Part shown: piece after piece, positions 1 to 8,553 of the stretch
Numbering within the stretch: position 1 is the first letter of the stretch
Layout: each line of letters begins with the position of its first letter
Source of the DNA: an uncultured bacterium
Lineage (GTDB): Bacteria > Desulfobacterota_D > UBA1144 > Nemesobacterales > UBA2774
Assembly: GCA_963825135.1 (NCBI GenBank)
Contig: CAWGRW010000009.1
Coordinates: forward strand, 1,984,001 to 2,048,000
Direction of reading: 5' to 3'
Length of the DNA: 64,000 bases
Translations under genes and position numbers: made by a program
The notes under the pieces: generated by a model
Told to the model about the DNA's origin: nothing
Database searches by the model: none
Seen by the model: only the letters and a program-made list of their open reading frames with translations

Positions 1-1
1 G

Positions 2-934
2 ATTTCGGCCGGGGACGTGGACGTGAACGTTCATCCTACAAAAAATGAAGTAAGGTTCGAAAACGCGAGGCTCGTAGGCGATCTGATCAGGCAATCCATA
101 ACCGCGATGCTTGAAAAAGCCCCGTGGTTAAAGGGGATCGGAGAGAGGTCCGAAATTTTTACGGGCCGCTTCGCGCGCTTAAGCGAGAGCGCGGGCGTCT
201 ACGGCCTCGGCTATCACGATATCGAAAATCCCGGCCTTCGAAACAGCCCGGAGTTTCAGGGTGCCGTGCAAAATGTTCACGGGAGCGCCGCAACGGGTAT
301 AATCCCTGAGCCGCGCCTGGAGCCGGGGGGGTTATTCGGCGAAGCCGGTTTTTATTCCCGCCTGAGCGTGCTCGGTCAGCTCGGCGACTTGTATATAATA
401 TGCGCTTCTTCCGGGGGCATGATACTCGTAGACCAGCACGCGGCCCATGAAAGGGTAAACTATGAAAAACTGATAAAGGCGTATACCCGGGACGGAGCGC
501 TCCAGACCCAGGACCTCCTCGTACCCGAGGTCCTCGAGCTCTCTCCCCATGAATCGGATATCCTCACCAGGCACAGCGGAGACCTCGAGCGCATAGGGCT
601 CGGTGTCGAGAGTTTCGGCGATAATACATTTATAATAAGGAGAGTCCCGGCGCTACTCAAAAATACGGACCTCAAGCGTCTCGTTACGGACATAGTATCC
701 GAGATAAAGGAATCGGGAACGGAGAAGAGCCTGACCGAAGAAATCGAGAAAATTATTTCGACGATGGCATGCCATTCTTCGATCAGGGCTAATTACGAGC
801 TCAATCACGACAAGATGAAGGCGCTCCTGGCCGAGCTCGACCTCGCGGAGTTCCCTCACTCGTGCCCCCACGGGAGACCTGTTGCGAGGGAGCTTTCTTA
901 TATGGATATAGAGAAAATGTTCAAAAGGACATAA
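2..934 (+). CDS. mutL: DNA mismatch repair protein MutL, 3' part (gene starts before the window)
   Basis: VDVNVHPTK, DQHAAHERVNYE, ACH and CPHGRP motifs of the MutL C-terminal endonuclease domain; frame is open from base 2. Confidence 0.97.
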   Translation: MSAGDVDVNVHPTKNEVRFENARLVGDLIRQSITAMLEKAPWLKGIGERSEIFTGRFARLSESAGVYGLGYHDIENPGLRNSPEFQGAVQNVHGSAATGIIPEPRLEPGGLFGEAGFYSRLSVLGQLGDLYIICASSGGMILVDQHAAHERVNYEKLIKAYTRDGALQTQDLLVPEVLELSPHESDILTRHSGDLERIGLGVESFGDNTFIIRRVPALLKNTDLKRLVTDIVSEIKESGTEKSLTEEIEKIISTMACHSSIRANYELNHDKMKALLAELDLAEFPHSCPHGRPVARELSYMDIEKMFKRT

Positions 935-937
935 GAC

Positions 938-1549
938 ATGAAGGAACAGATAATTCTGAGACTGAGGGAGAGCGCCGATATCAAGCTGCGTTTCGCCAAG
1001 GAATCGGTCGCGGAGGTGGAAGAAGCCGCTTCGACCATACTCAAGTCCCTTAAATCGGGCGGGAAGATACTCATATTCGGCAACGGCGGCAGCGCAGCCG
1101 ATTCCCAGCATATCGCGGCGGAGTTCGTAAACAGGTACTCGAGAGAAAGGAAAGCGCTCTCGGCACTGGCGCTGACGACCGACACCTCCATTCTCACGTC
1201 GATACCCAACGACGGCTCCTTTGACGATGTGTTCTCGCGTCAGATAGAGGCGCTCGGGAGTAAAGGGGATGTGGCTTGGGGCATAACCACGAGCGGGAAG
1301 TCGGAGAATGTGCTCAAAGCGTTAAAAACAGCAAAGGCCATGGGACTCAAGACCATAGCCTTCACCGGGCAGGACAAGAACAAGGTCGAGAAGACCGTCG
1401 ATTGCTGTGTGAGCGTCCCCTCCAGATCCACTCCGAGGGTCCAGGAGCTCCACATAACGCTTGCGCATATAGTATGCGAGCTGGTGGAGGAATCGCTTGC
1501 CGTGAGGAAGGAGCAGTCCAGGAAAGAGGCGCCGAAGACCGAACCCTGA
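938..1549 (+). CDS. gmhA: Phosphoheptose (sedoheptulose-7-phosphate) isomerase
   Basis: SIS domain motifs GNGGSAADSQHIAAE, FSRQIEALG, TSGKS, VQELH. Confidence 0.93.
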   Translation: MKEQIILRLRESADIKLRFAKESVAEVEEAASTILKSLKSGGKILIFGNGGSAADSQHIAAEFVNRYSRERKALSALALTTDTSILTSIPNDGSFDDVFSRQIEALGSKGDVAWGITTSGKSENVLKALKTAKAMGLKTIAFTGQDKNKVEKTVDCCVSVPSRSTPRVQELHITLAHIVCELVEESLAVRKEQSRKEAPKTEP

Positions 1550-1615
1550 GGCGTTGAGATCATTGTGATTTTCGTTCTCATCCGTTAATTTTATAATTTA
1601 TAGGAAATAATTTCT

Positions 1616-1813
1616 TTGCCCGTGTATATCAAATGTCCTGAGTGCGGAAAGCCTGCTCCCTGGGAGGAGAACAAGTGGAGGCCTTTTTGCTCCGAGAGGT
1701 GCAAGATGCTGGACTTGGGGGCCTGGGCCTCGGAAGAATACAGGATTCCGGGGGCTCCGGATGAAGATTCCGTCTCCGACGGATATCGGCGTGACGAAGA
1801 AGATAATGAATAA
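1616..1813 (+). CDS. yacG: DNA gyrase inhibitor YacG
   Basis: CPECGK...[24 protein letters not shown] signature. Confidence 0.93.
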   Translation: MPVYIKCPECGKPAPWEENKWRPFCSERCKMLDLGAWASEEYRIPGAPDEDSVSDGYRRDEEDNE

Positions 1814-1860
1814 CGCGCTTTATGTGAAAGCCGCAAAATAAACCGGGAGGTATGAGTTAT

Positions 1861-2433
1861 ATGGGAGTAGTCGAGACCAATCAGTTTCATAAGGGGTTAA
1901 AGATAGAATACGACGGCGAGATATGGGAGATAATCGAATACAAGCACTCCAAGATGGCGCAGAGGAGCGCCGTTATGAAGACCAAGCTCAGAAATGTCGT
2001 GACCGGAGCCGTGCAGGAAAAGAACTTCAGGTCCGGGGATTCCTTCAGGGTTCCCGATACGGAGAGGAAGAAGATGCAACTCCTTTACAAAGACGAGGCC
2101 GGTTATAATTTTATGGACCTCGAGACTTACGAGCAGCATGCGCTCACGCCCGCCCAGGTAGGCGAGGTCGCGAGCTTTATCAAGGAACAGCAGGAAGTGA
2201 ACGTCCTATACTTCAACGGCGAGCCCATGGGGGTCGAGCTGCCGACCGCGGTCGAGCTCGAGATAAAGGACACGGAGCCCGGCATGAGGGGCGATACCGT
2301 TACCGGGGCCAACAAGCCCGCCGTGCTCGAGACAGGAGCGACGATCCAGGTTCCGTTGTTTATAGACGTCGGGGACATTATCAAGGTCGATACCCGGACA
2401 GGGGCGTATCTGGAGAGGGTAAAAAAGAAATAG
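1861..2433 (+). CDS. efp: Elongation factor P with an atypical loop
   Basis: RGDTVTG..KPAVLETG..QVPLFI..GD.IKVDTRTG.Y.ER. GGAGG at 1846-1850 favours ATG 1861 over ATG 1852. Confidence 0.95.
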   Translation: MGVVETNQFHKGLKIEYDGEIWEIIEYKHSKMAQRSAVMKTKLRNVVTGAVQEKNFRSGDSFRVPDTERKKMQLLYKDEAGYNFMDLETYEQHALTPAQVGEVASFIKEQQEVNVLYFNGEPMGVELPTAVELEIKDTEPGMRGDTVTGANKPAVLETGATIQVPLFIDVGDIIKVDTRTGAYLERVKKK

Positions 2434-2641
2434 TCTCGGCATATTATCTGCGCGAGCCGGACTACCCCGAATTCGTCATTGCGCCTGGAACCTGATATCG
2501 GCAATGGGACGTGCTTCCGCCTGTCGGGAGGCCGGTCATATGTCCACGCATAAAGTAATTGATATATTGATAATTACAAAACTGCGATCCCGGCTCGAGG
2601 CGGCTTAAAATCCCCGGAGACATCTTTAACGTGGCAAATTT

Positions 2642-2669
2642 TGCAACCTTTTTAGGTTCCTAAGGTTAA
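2642..2669 (+). promoter_or_regulatory. Putative ECF-sigma promoter (TGCAAC-N16-GGTTAA) upstream of the ECF gene
   Basis: AAC-containing -35 and GTT-containing -10 with 16-nt spacing, about 27 nt before the ATG; ECF genes are commonly autoregulated. Confidence 0.35.
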
Positions 2670-2696
2670 TAACTATAAAGCTGATATGGCATACAA

Positions 2697-3269
2697 ATGC
2701 TTAGTGACATAGAGCTTATGCTGAAGGCAAGGGCTGGGGACGATGGTGCGTTCAGTGAACTGATGAGGAGGCATTACAGGGGGGTCGTGAATTACATATA
2801 CAGATATACGAATCTGAGGGAGAGTTCTGAAGACCTTGCGCAGGAGGTATTCTTGAGAATTTACAGGTCCCGGAAAAATTATAAGCCCGAAGCCAAGTTC
2901 TCGACCTGGCTGTATAAAATAGCGACGAACGTCAGCCTAACCCACGTCACGAAAAAAAATACCGGCTTGAGCCTCGATGAATTGAACGACGAGGGCCGCG
3001 AATACGGAGACCGGGATATTGATATTGCCGACGATATAATTTATAGAAAGGAAATAACGGAAGTAATATTTCACGCTATGGAGTCTTTGCCCGAAAGGGA
3101 GAAAGTTGCTATCATGCTCTGTAAATACGAGGGACTGTCCTACGAAGAGGTGAGTGAAGTTCTCGAGTGCACGGTGGGAGCCGTCAAAGCCTACGTTCAC
3201 AGGGGCAGGATGAAGTTAATCGACAAGCTGAAACCGTACTTATCGGGAGGAGGGGAGTATGGAATGTAG
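2697..3269 (+). CDS. ECF-family RNA polymerase sigma factor
   Basis: EDLAQEVFLRIY, FSTWLYKIATN, region 4 GLSYEEVSEVL..TVGAVK. Confidence 0.93.
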   Translation: MLSDIELMLKARAGDDGAFSELMRRHYRGVVNYIYRYTNLRESSEDLAQEVFLRIYRSRKNYKPEAKFSTWLYKIATNVSLTHVTKKNTGLSLDELNDEGREYGDRDIDIADDIIYRKEITEVIFHAMESLPEREKVAIMLCKYEGLSYEEVSEVLECTVGAVKAYVHRGRMKLIDKLKPYLSGGGEYGM

Positions 3270-3765
3270 TGAGTGCAGGGATCTCGTCATCGGCTATTCC
3301 TCGGGTGATTTGCCGGCATCCCGGAGAGAGTTGTTCGAAGTGCATGTAAGATCATGCGAAGATTGCGGTTTATACGTCTCACAGTACGACGGGGTATGGA
3401 AATTGCTGGACGAGTGGCGCGAGGTCGAGCCGAGAAGCGATTTCGTCTCCAATTTCTGGGTACGTGTATCAAAAGAGGAGAAAGAGCTCAACTGGGGATT
3501 CCTGCCGGGTCTGAGAAAACTGGGAAGCTGGTCATTGGCAGGGGTACTGGCGTCTGTGCTCATCGTCGGGATGTTTACTTTCCTATTGTTCAGGTCAGGC
3601 TCGGGATTGGACAGCTATGTGGAAAATGACGCCCGGGACGAAATTATACTCCACGATCTGGACAACGCCACTACCAGAGATACCTCCGATGCGCTTTCGA
3701 TCTACGGCCCCTGGGAAAACAACTTCGAAATCATGAAAATTAACGGATACGGAGATACGAATTGA
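3259..3765 (+). CDS. Zinc-binding (ZAS, zf-HC2) membrane anti-sigma factor
   Basis: N-terminal C..HVRSCEDC (HxxxCxxC), one TM helix, overlaps the sigma gene. Confidence 0.85.
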   Translation: MECSECRDLVIGYSSGDLPASRRELFEVHVRSCEDCGLYVSQYDGVWKLLDEWREVEPRSDFVSNFWVRVSKEEKELNWGFLPGLRKLGSWSLAGVLASVLIVGMFTFLLFRSGSGLDSYVENDARDEIILHDLDNATTRDTSDALSIYGPWENNFEIMKINGYGDTN

Positions 3766-4178
3766 GGGTATCGCTCGTATTTGCAGTCGTTTTGTGTTTC
3801 CTCTCTGTCAATGCGTTTGGTTTTCTGAGCAGTGAGATCCACTATAAATGGTGGAAGAATAAACATATCAAAGAGGAGATGCAGCTCACTGACAAGCAGG
3901 TCGAAGACATCGAGAATATCTTCGCGTCTTACAGAGAAAAAATATTGCTGTTCCAGCGGGAGCTCAATGAGGAAGAAAACGATCTCCTCGATGTTCTCAG
4001 AAAACCGGAATGCTCGAGGGATGAGGTGATGGAGATAACCGACCATATAGAGGACATGAAGGCGACCCTCACACGCATCAAAATCGAGATGTATCTCAAA
4101 ATTAAAAACGTACTCACTCCGGAGCAGGAACAGACGCTTCATGACATCAAGGAAAGGTACAGGGGGAGGCTGCAGTGA
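3762..4178 (+). CDS. Periplasmic Spy/CpxP/ZraP-like (LTxxQ) protein
   Basis: Signal peptide, LTDKQ and LTPEQ motifs, helical; TTGA overlap with the anti-sigma gene. Confidence 0.8.
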   Translation: MRVSLVFAVVLCFLSVNAFGFLSSEIHYKWWKNKHIKEEMQLTDKQVEDIENIFASYREKILLFQRELNEEENDLLDVLRKPECSRDEVMEITDHIEDMKATLTRIKIEMYLKIKNVLTPEQEQTLHDIKERYRGRLQ

Positions 4179-4348
4179 GGAGCCGGGGCGGGCCCGGCAG
4201 GATAGTCTGGACTTCTGTTTTTTTGACTCTTTATCGTTTCCCTCCGCTTTAAAACAGCAATAAAATATTCACGAGCAGCTGAAGGGTGTAGAATTTAACC
4301 GGGGTATGAATCCCGGACGGGATTCAATATTATGTCTCGAGTTCCGAC

Positions 4349-6409
4349 ATGAGAGTTTCCAATGCGCTCACCCTTTTTACGCACCTCATCGCTCTTACGG
4401 GCTTCCTCGCTATTTCCCTAACGGGAGCCGTGGGCGTCCCGGCAATATCCATATTCACCATTTCACTGATACTGAGCTTCATAAACGACAGGTACGGGAG
4501 GGGATATTATCTCGGTCACGGAGTCTCGACTCTGCTCGCTCTCCTTCTGGCGGTCTATCTCGCACTCGGCGTTTTCCTGCTCAGGCTCGAGCTCTTTCAA
4601 AGCATCCTGGACTTCTTAATTTTTGTACAGGTCATTAAGCTCCTCGGCAAAAAGAGCATGCGCGACACCATTCAAATTTATGCCCTAAGTTTTTTTCAGT
4701 TTCTGGCCGGCACGATAATTACGGTCAATTTTTCTTATTCGCTGGCTTTCGTTATCTATATCGCCGTGGCCGTCTGGGCGATAATTGTTTTTGAAATGAG
4801 AAAAGGGGCTATCGATGCCGGGAACCGCGGGAATGAAGAGCCCGCGCTCGTCACGCCCCGCTTTCTGAGCGCGGCATTCATTCTCAGCTTTTGTATTCTG
4901 CTCGCTGCCGTGCTGATATTCGTATCCGTCCCGAGGTTAAGGGGGAGTTATTTCAGCTCCGGGTTCCTCAGGACGGGAGAGCTGAAGAGCGGCTTCTCGG
5001 AGGAGGTCAAGCTAGGCAGGGTCGGGGAGATAAAGCTCGACGGCTCGCCCGTGATGATGGTCAGAATTCTCGACCGGGGCGTAGAGGAAATCCCTTATCC
5101 GGTTTACTGGAGGGGCGTGTCGCTCGATAAGTTCGACGGGGAGACCTGGCGGGCAGGGTCGGTCGGTCACAAAATATACGCGCCCGATCCGGCCGGCCGG
5201 ATCACAGTGAGCGAGGCCGGGGCCGGGGGCCACGTTCTCAAGCAGGAAGTCATAACCGAGCCCCTCGACACAGACGTCCTCTTTTCGGCGAACGTCCCTA
5301 TCGGTTTCAGTTCGGTTCCGGGGGGCAGGGTGTCCGGAACCAACGATTCCTATAGTCTCCACGGCAGTGCTTCAAATAGAATCAAATACTACGCGGTGTC
5401 CGACATTCTCGCGCCTTCGCCGGAGGAGTTGAGGAAAGACGGCTCCCCATATCCGCATGACATGGAAGCTTATCTGCAGCTCCCGCCCCTGGGGGAGCGC
5501 GTAAGGGACCTCGCGCTTCAAATCACGTCCTCGGACAAGAGCGCCTACGATAAGGCCGTATCCATAAAACGCTACCTGCTTACGAATTACGGATATACGA
5601 GGACGCTCGCAAGCGGCTCCGCGGACTATCCTCTTGAGGAGTTCCTCTTTACCAAAAAAGAGGGTCACTGCGAGTATTTCGCGACCGCCATGGCGGTACT
5701 CCTGAGAGAGGCCGGAATTCCTTCGAGGATAGTAAACGGATTCATCGGGGGGGACGTCAATAAGCTCGGAAATTTTTTCCTGATCCGCGAGAGCGACGCC
5801 CACTCGTGGGTCGAGGTCTTTTTCCCGGGGCATGGGTGGGTCTCTTTCGATCCGACCCCGGAAAGCGGCGGCGGAGCGAGTCCCGCGCTCGTTCCCTTCG
5901 TAGCCTCCTACCTCGATTATCTCAGGTTCAGGTGGAACAGGTACGTAATCGATTTCAGCGGGCGGGATCAGGAGAGACTCCTGGGCTCGGTACGCGATAC
6001 CTGGACATGGAACACCAGGACTATCATCCGGGGCGCGGGGTTTAAATCATTGCTCGACAAGAGGGCGGCCGCCCTTATTGCGGTTCTGGTCATCGCCGCG
6101 GGAGCCCTCGCGGCCGGTCCGGGCATTAGGTCTTTCAGGCGCTCTAGGAGCGGGGGCCCGGCGGAGAGGTCCTCCGCGTTATATAACGACGCGCTCAGGT
6201 TCCTCTCGAAGAGGGGATACCCGAAGCCTGAATTTATGACGGCCGGGGAATTCTCGGACGTGCTCGCCAGGGGCTCGTATCCGGGCTCGTCGGCGATGGA
6301 GAGTTTAACCGGCAAATATCTCCAAACGAGGTTCGGGGGCTCAGGCGGCGAAAAGGATTTGAAGGTTCTGGCAGAATTGTTAAAGGATCTCAAGAGAATC
6401 AAAGCCTGA
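4349..6409 (+). CDS. Membrane transglutaminase-like protein (TgpA / DUF3488-transglutaminase-DUF4129 type)
   Basis: Multi-TM N-terminus, YWRG, catalytic GHCEYFATAM, DAHSWVEV, FDPTP. Confidence 0.88.
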   Translation: MRVSNALTLFTHLIALTGFLAISLTGAVGVPAISIFTISLILSFINDRYGRGYYLGHGVSTLLALLLAVYLALGVFLLRLELFQSILDFLIFVQVIKLLGKKSMRDTIQIYALSFFQFLAGTIITVNFSYSLAFVIYIAVAVWAIIVFEMRKGAIDAGNRGNEEPALVTPRFLSAAFILSFCILLAAVLIFVSVPRLRGSYFSSGFLRTGELKSGFSEEVKLGRVGEIKLDGSPVMMVRILDRGVEEIPYPVYWRGVSLDKFDGETWRAGSVGHKIYAPDPAGRITVSEAGAGGHVLKQEVITEPLDTDVLFSANVPIGFSSVPGGRVSGTNDSYSLHGSASNRIKYYAVSDILAPSPEELRKDGSPYPHDMEAYLQLPPLGERVRDLALQITSSDKSAYDKAVSIKRYLLTNYGYTRTLASGSADYPLEEFLFTKKEGHCEYFATAMAVLLREAGIPSRIVNGFIGGDVNKLGNFFLIRESDAHSWVEVFFPGHGWVSFDPTPESGGGASPALVPFVASYLDYLRFRWNRYVIDFSGRDQERLLGSVRDTWTWNTRTIIRGAGFKSLLDKRAAALIAVLVIAAGALAAGPGIRSFRRSRSGGPAERSSALYNDALRFLSKRGYPKPEFMTAGEFSDVLARGSYPGSSAMESLTGKYLQTRFGGSGGEKDLKVLAELLKDLKRIKA

Positions 6410-6460
6410 GACCGGGCCTTCGGGATGCCGTCCCCCGGCGCTCCGGACCGCCCTCCGTTC

Positions 6461-6489
6461 TTGCTCAATCATGTCTATTAGGGTAAAAT
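6461..6489 (+). promoter_or_regulatory. Sigma-70 promoter of the rimP operon (TTGCTC-N17-TAAAAT)
   Basis: Near-consensus hexamers with 17-nt spacing. Confidence 0.55.
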
Positions 6490-6497
6490 CATAAGAC

Positions 6498-6522
6498 AAA
6501 AGCGGGTACGACCCGCTTTTTT
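6498..6522 (+). promoter_or_regulatory. rimP-leader-like terminator/attenuator hairpin
   Basis: AAAAGCGGGT-acg-ACCCGCTTTT followed by TT, lying between the promoter and the rimP start. Confidence 0.65.
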
Positions 6523-6542
6523 AATTGAGAGAGCAGGGCGCG

Positions 6543-7010
6543 ATGGATTCACGGGAAAACGATATTTTGTTTAGTGTCAGGGAGTTATTAGACCCCCTCC
6601 TTGCCCGAAAGAATCTCGAGCTCTTCGATATTGAGTTTAAGGGACGCGGCAAAAACGGCGTGCTCAGGGTCTTTATAGACAGGGAAGAAGGTGTAACTAT
6701 AGATGACTGCGCCACTATAAGCAGAGAACTCGGGACTCTTCTCGATATACACGACATGATTCCCGGCTCCTATACGCTCGAGGTGTCTTCGCCCGGACTG
6801 ACGAGGGCGCTTAAGAAACCCGAGGATTTTATTAGATTTAAGGGGAAAAAAGTGAAAATTAAAACAAATAAGGATTTTGAAAAGAGGAAATTGTTTATAG
6901 GCACACTCCTCGAATTCAAGGATGGTCTTGTAACTGTTGAGACGGAAGGGGGCAATTTCTCCGTACCATACGTTGATATAGAAAAGGCCAACTTGGAGCT
7001 GGATTTCTAG
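6543..7010 (+). CDS. rimP: Ribosome maturation factor RimP
   Basis: LRVFIDREEGVTIDDC, YTLEVSSPGLTR; directly upstream of nusA. Confidence 0.95.
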   Translation: MDSRENDILFSVRELLDPLLARKNLELFDIEFKGRGKNGVLRVFIDREEGVTIDDCATISRELGTLLDIHDMIPGSYTLEVSSPGLTRALKKPEDFIRFKGKKVKIKTNKDFEKRKLFIGTLLEFKDGLVTVETEGGNFSVPYVDIEKANLELDF

Positions 7011-7023
7011 GGAGCAAATATAA

Positions 7024-8349
7024 ATGGCGACAATGACGGAATTAAGCCGTGTAATGGATTCGGTATGCAAGGATAAAGGCATAGAGAAGGGTGAGATTGT
7101 CAGCGCCGTGGAAGAAGCTGTGCTCTCCGCCGCCCAGAAGCTTTTCCGCATGCAGGATATGGAAAAAGAGCTGGAGGTGCATTTTAACGAGAGCGACGGG
7201 GACGTGGAGCTGTTCGAGTTCAAAACAGTTGTCGATGACATAGCCGACCCGGACATGGAAATCTCGGTCGAGGAAGCCGTCAAACTCGATCCGGAGGCGG
7301 AGCTCGGCGACCAGATCGGGGTGAAGATTAATCCCGAGTTCACAAGAATAGCCATCCAGAACGCAAAGCAGAAAATACTCCAGAGCATAAAAGAGGCGGA
7401 GGGGAAAGTAATTTATGAGGAATTTAAAAACAGGAAAGGCGAGCTCATAAGCGGCATTGTCAGGCGCGTGGAAAGGAAGAATATTATCGTTGACCTCGGC
7501 AGGACAGAGGCCATACTTCCCCCCGAGCAGCAGGTTCCGAGAGAGTATTACAAGCCCAAAGAGAGGCTCAGGGCCATACTTTTTGATATCAAGGAGACCA
7601 AACGCGGACCGCAGCTGATATTGTCGCGTTCGCACCGCGATTTCGTGAGGAAGCTCTTCGAGTCCGAAGTCCCCGAGATAGGAGACCAGATAGTAATAAT
7701 CAAGGCGATTGCCAGGGATCCGGGAGGCCGTACGAAGATAGCCGTTACGTCCAACGATCCCGACGTCGACCCCGTGGGCGCATGCGTGGGAATGAGGGGA
7801 GCAAGGGTTCAGAACGTGATACAGGAGCTCAAGGGCGAGAAAATAGACATCGTCCCATGGTCGTCCGATCAGGCGCGGTTCGCCTGCAACGCGCTTTCTC
7901 CGGCGAGGGTCAGCAAGGTGATAATAGACGACGACAATCGATCGATGGAAATAATCGTAAACGACGACCAGCTCTCGCTCGCGATCGGGAGGAGGGGCCA
8001 GAACGTGAGACTCGCTTCCCAGCTTGCCGATTGGAAGATCGATATTAAGACGGAGTCCCAGGTAAAGCGTGAACAGCAGGATGTGGTAAATCTCCTCATG
8101 ACACTCCCGAACGTGAAAGAAGTGACAGCCAACCTTTTATACGGGGAAGGGTTCCATAAACTCGAGGACATCGCGTTCTCGGATCCCGAGGCGCTCATAA
8201 AGTCGGCCGGTTTGAAGAGCGAGGAAGACGCCCTCAAGCTCCAGACGGCTGCGAGAATTGCGTTAAAAGACAAATTGGAGCAGATGTCGTTTACTGAGAG
8301 TGAAGCTCCCCAGGCCGAAAACGAGAGCGTTACGGAGCAGGAACAATAG
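7024..8349 (+). CDS. nusA: Transcription termination/antitermination factor NusA
   Basis: S1/KH motifs ARDPGGRTKIAV, DPVGACVGMRG, SLAIGRRGQNVRLA. Confidence 0.98.
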   Translation: MATMTELSRVMDSVCKDKGIEKGEIVSAVEEAVLSAAQKLFRMQDMEKELEVHFNESDGDVELFEFKTVVDDIADPDMEISVEEAVKLDPEAELGDQIGVKINPEFTRIAIQNAKQKILQSIKEAEGKVIYEEFKNRKGELISGIVRRVERKNIIVDLGRTEAILPPEQQVPREYYKPKERLRAILFDIKETKRGPQLILSRSHRDFVRKLFESEVPEIGDQIVIIKAIARDPGGRTKIAVTSNDPDVDPVGACVGMRGARVQNVIQELKGEKIDIVPWSSDQARFACNALSPARVSKVIIDDDNRSMEIIVNDDQLSLAIGRRGQNVRLASQLADWKIDIKTESQVKREQQDVVNLLMTLPNVKEVTANLLYGEGFHKLEDIAFSDPEALIKSAGLKSEEDALKLQTAARIALKDKLEQMSFTESEAPQAENESVTEQEQ

Positions 8350-8553
8350 GCTGCCGTTTCTTCCGTTCAGCCGATACGGCCCTGAGGACCGGGGAAATAA
8401 TACCGAGAGGCCGGGTCACAGCATTTTTCATCTGTTGCGCTTTCGAAATAGTCTCTGTTTTGCATTAATGGGTAAACTTTGGTACCCTTGTTTAGATAAC
8501 TTAAGTTTTTTAATTTATTGTAAATAAGTTGTTTTGCACAGGATGCGTTCAAT

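Noticed and set aside
2543..2577. dif-like site or palindrome GTAATT-N11-AATTAC
   Set aside because: The XerD-side match is poor, and 6-bp arms in AT-rich DNA can occur by chance.
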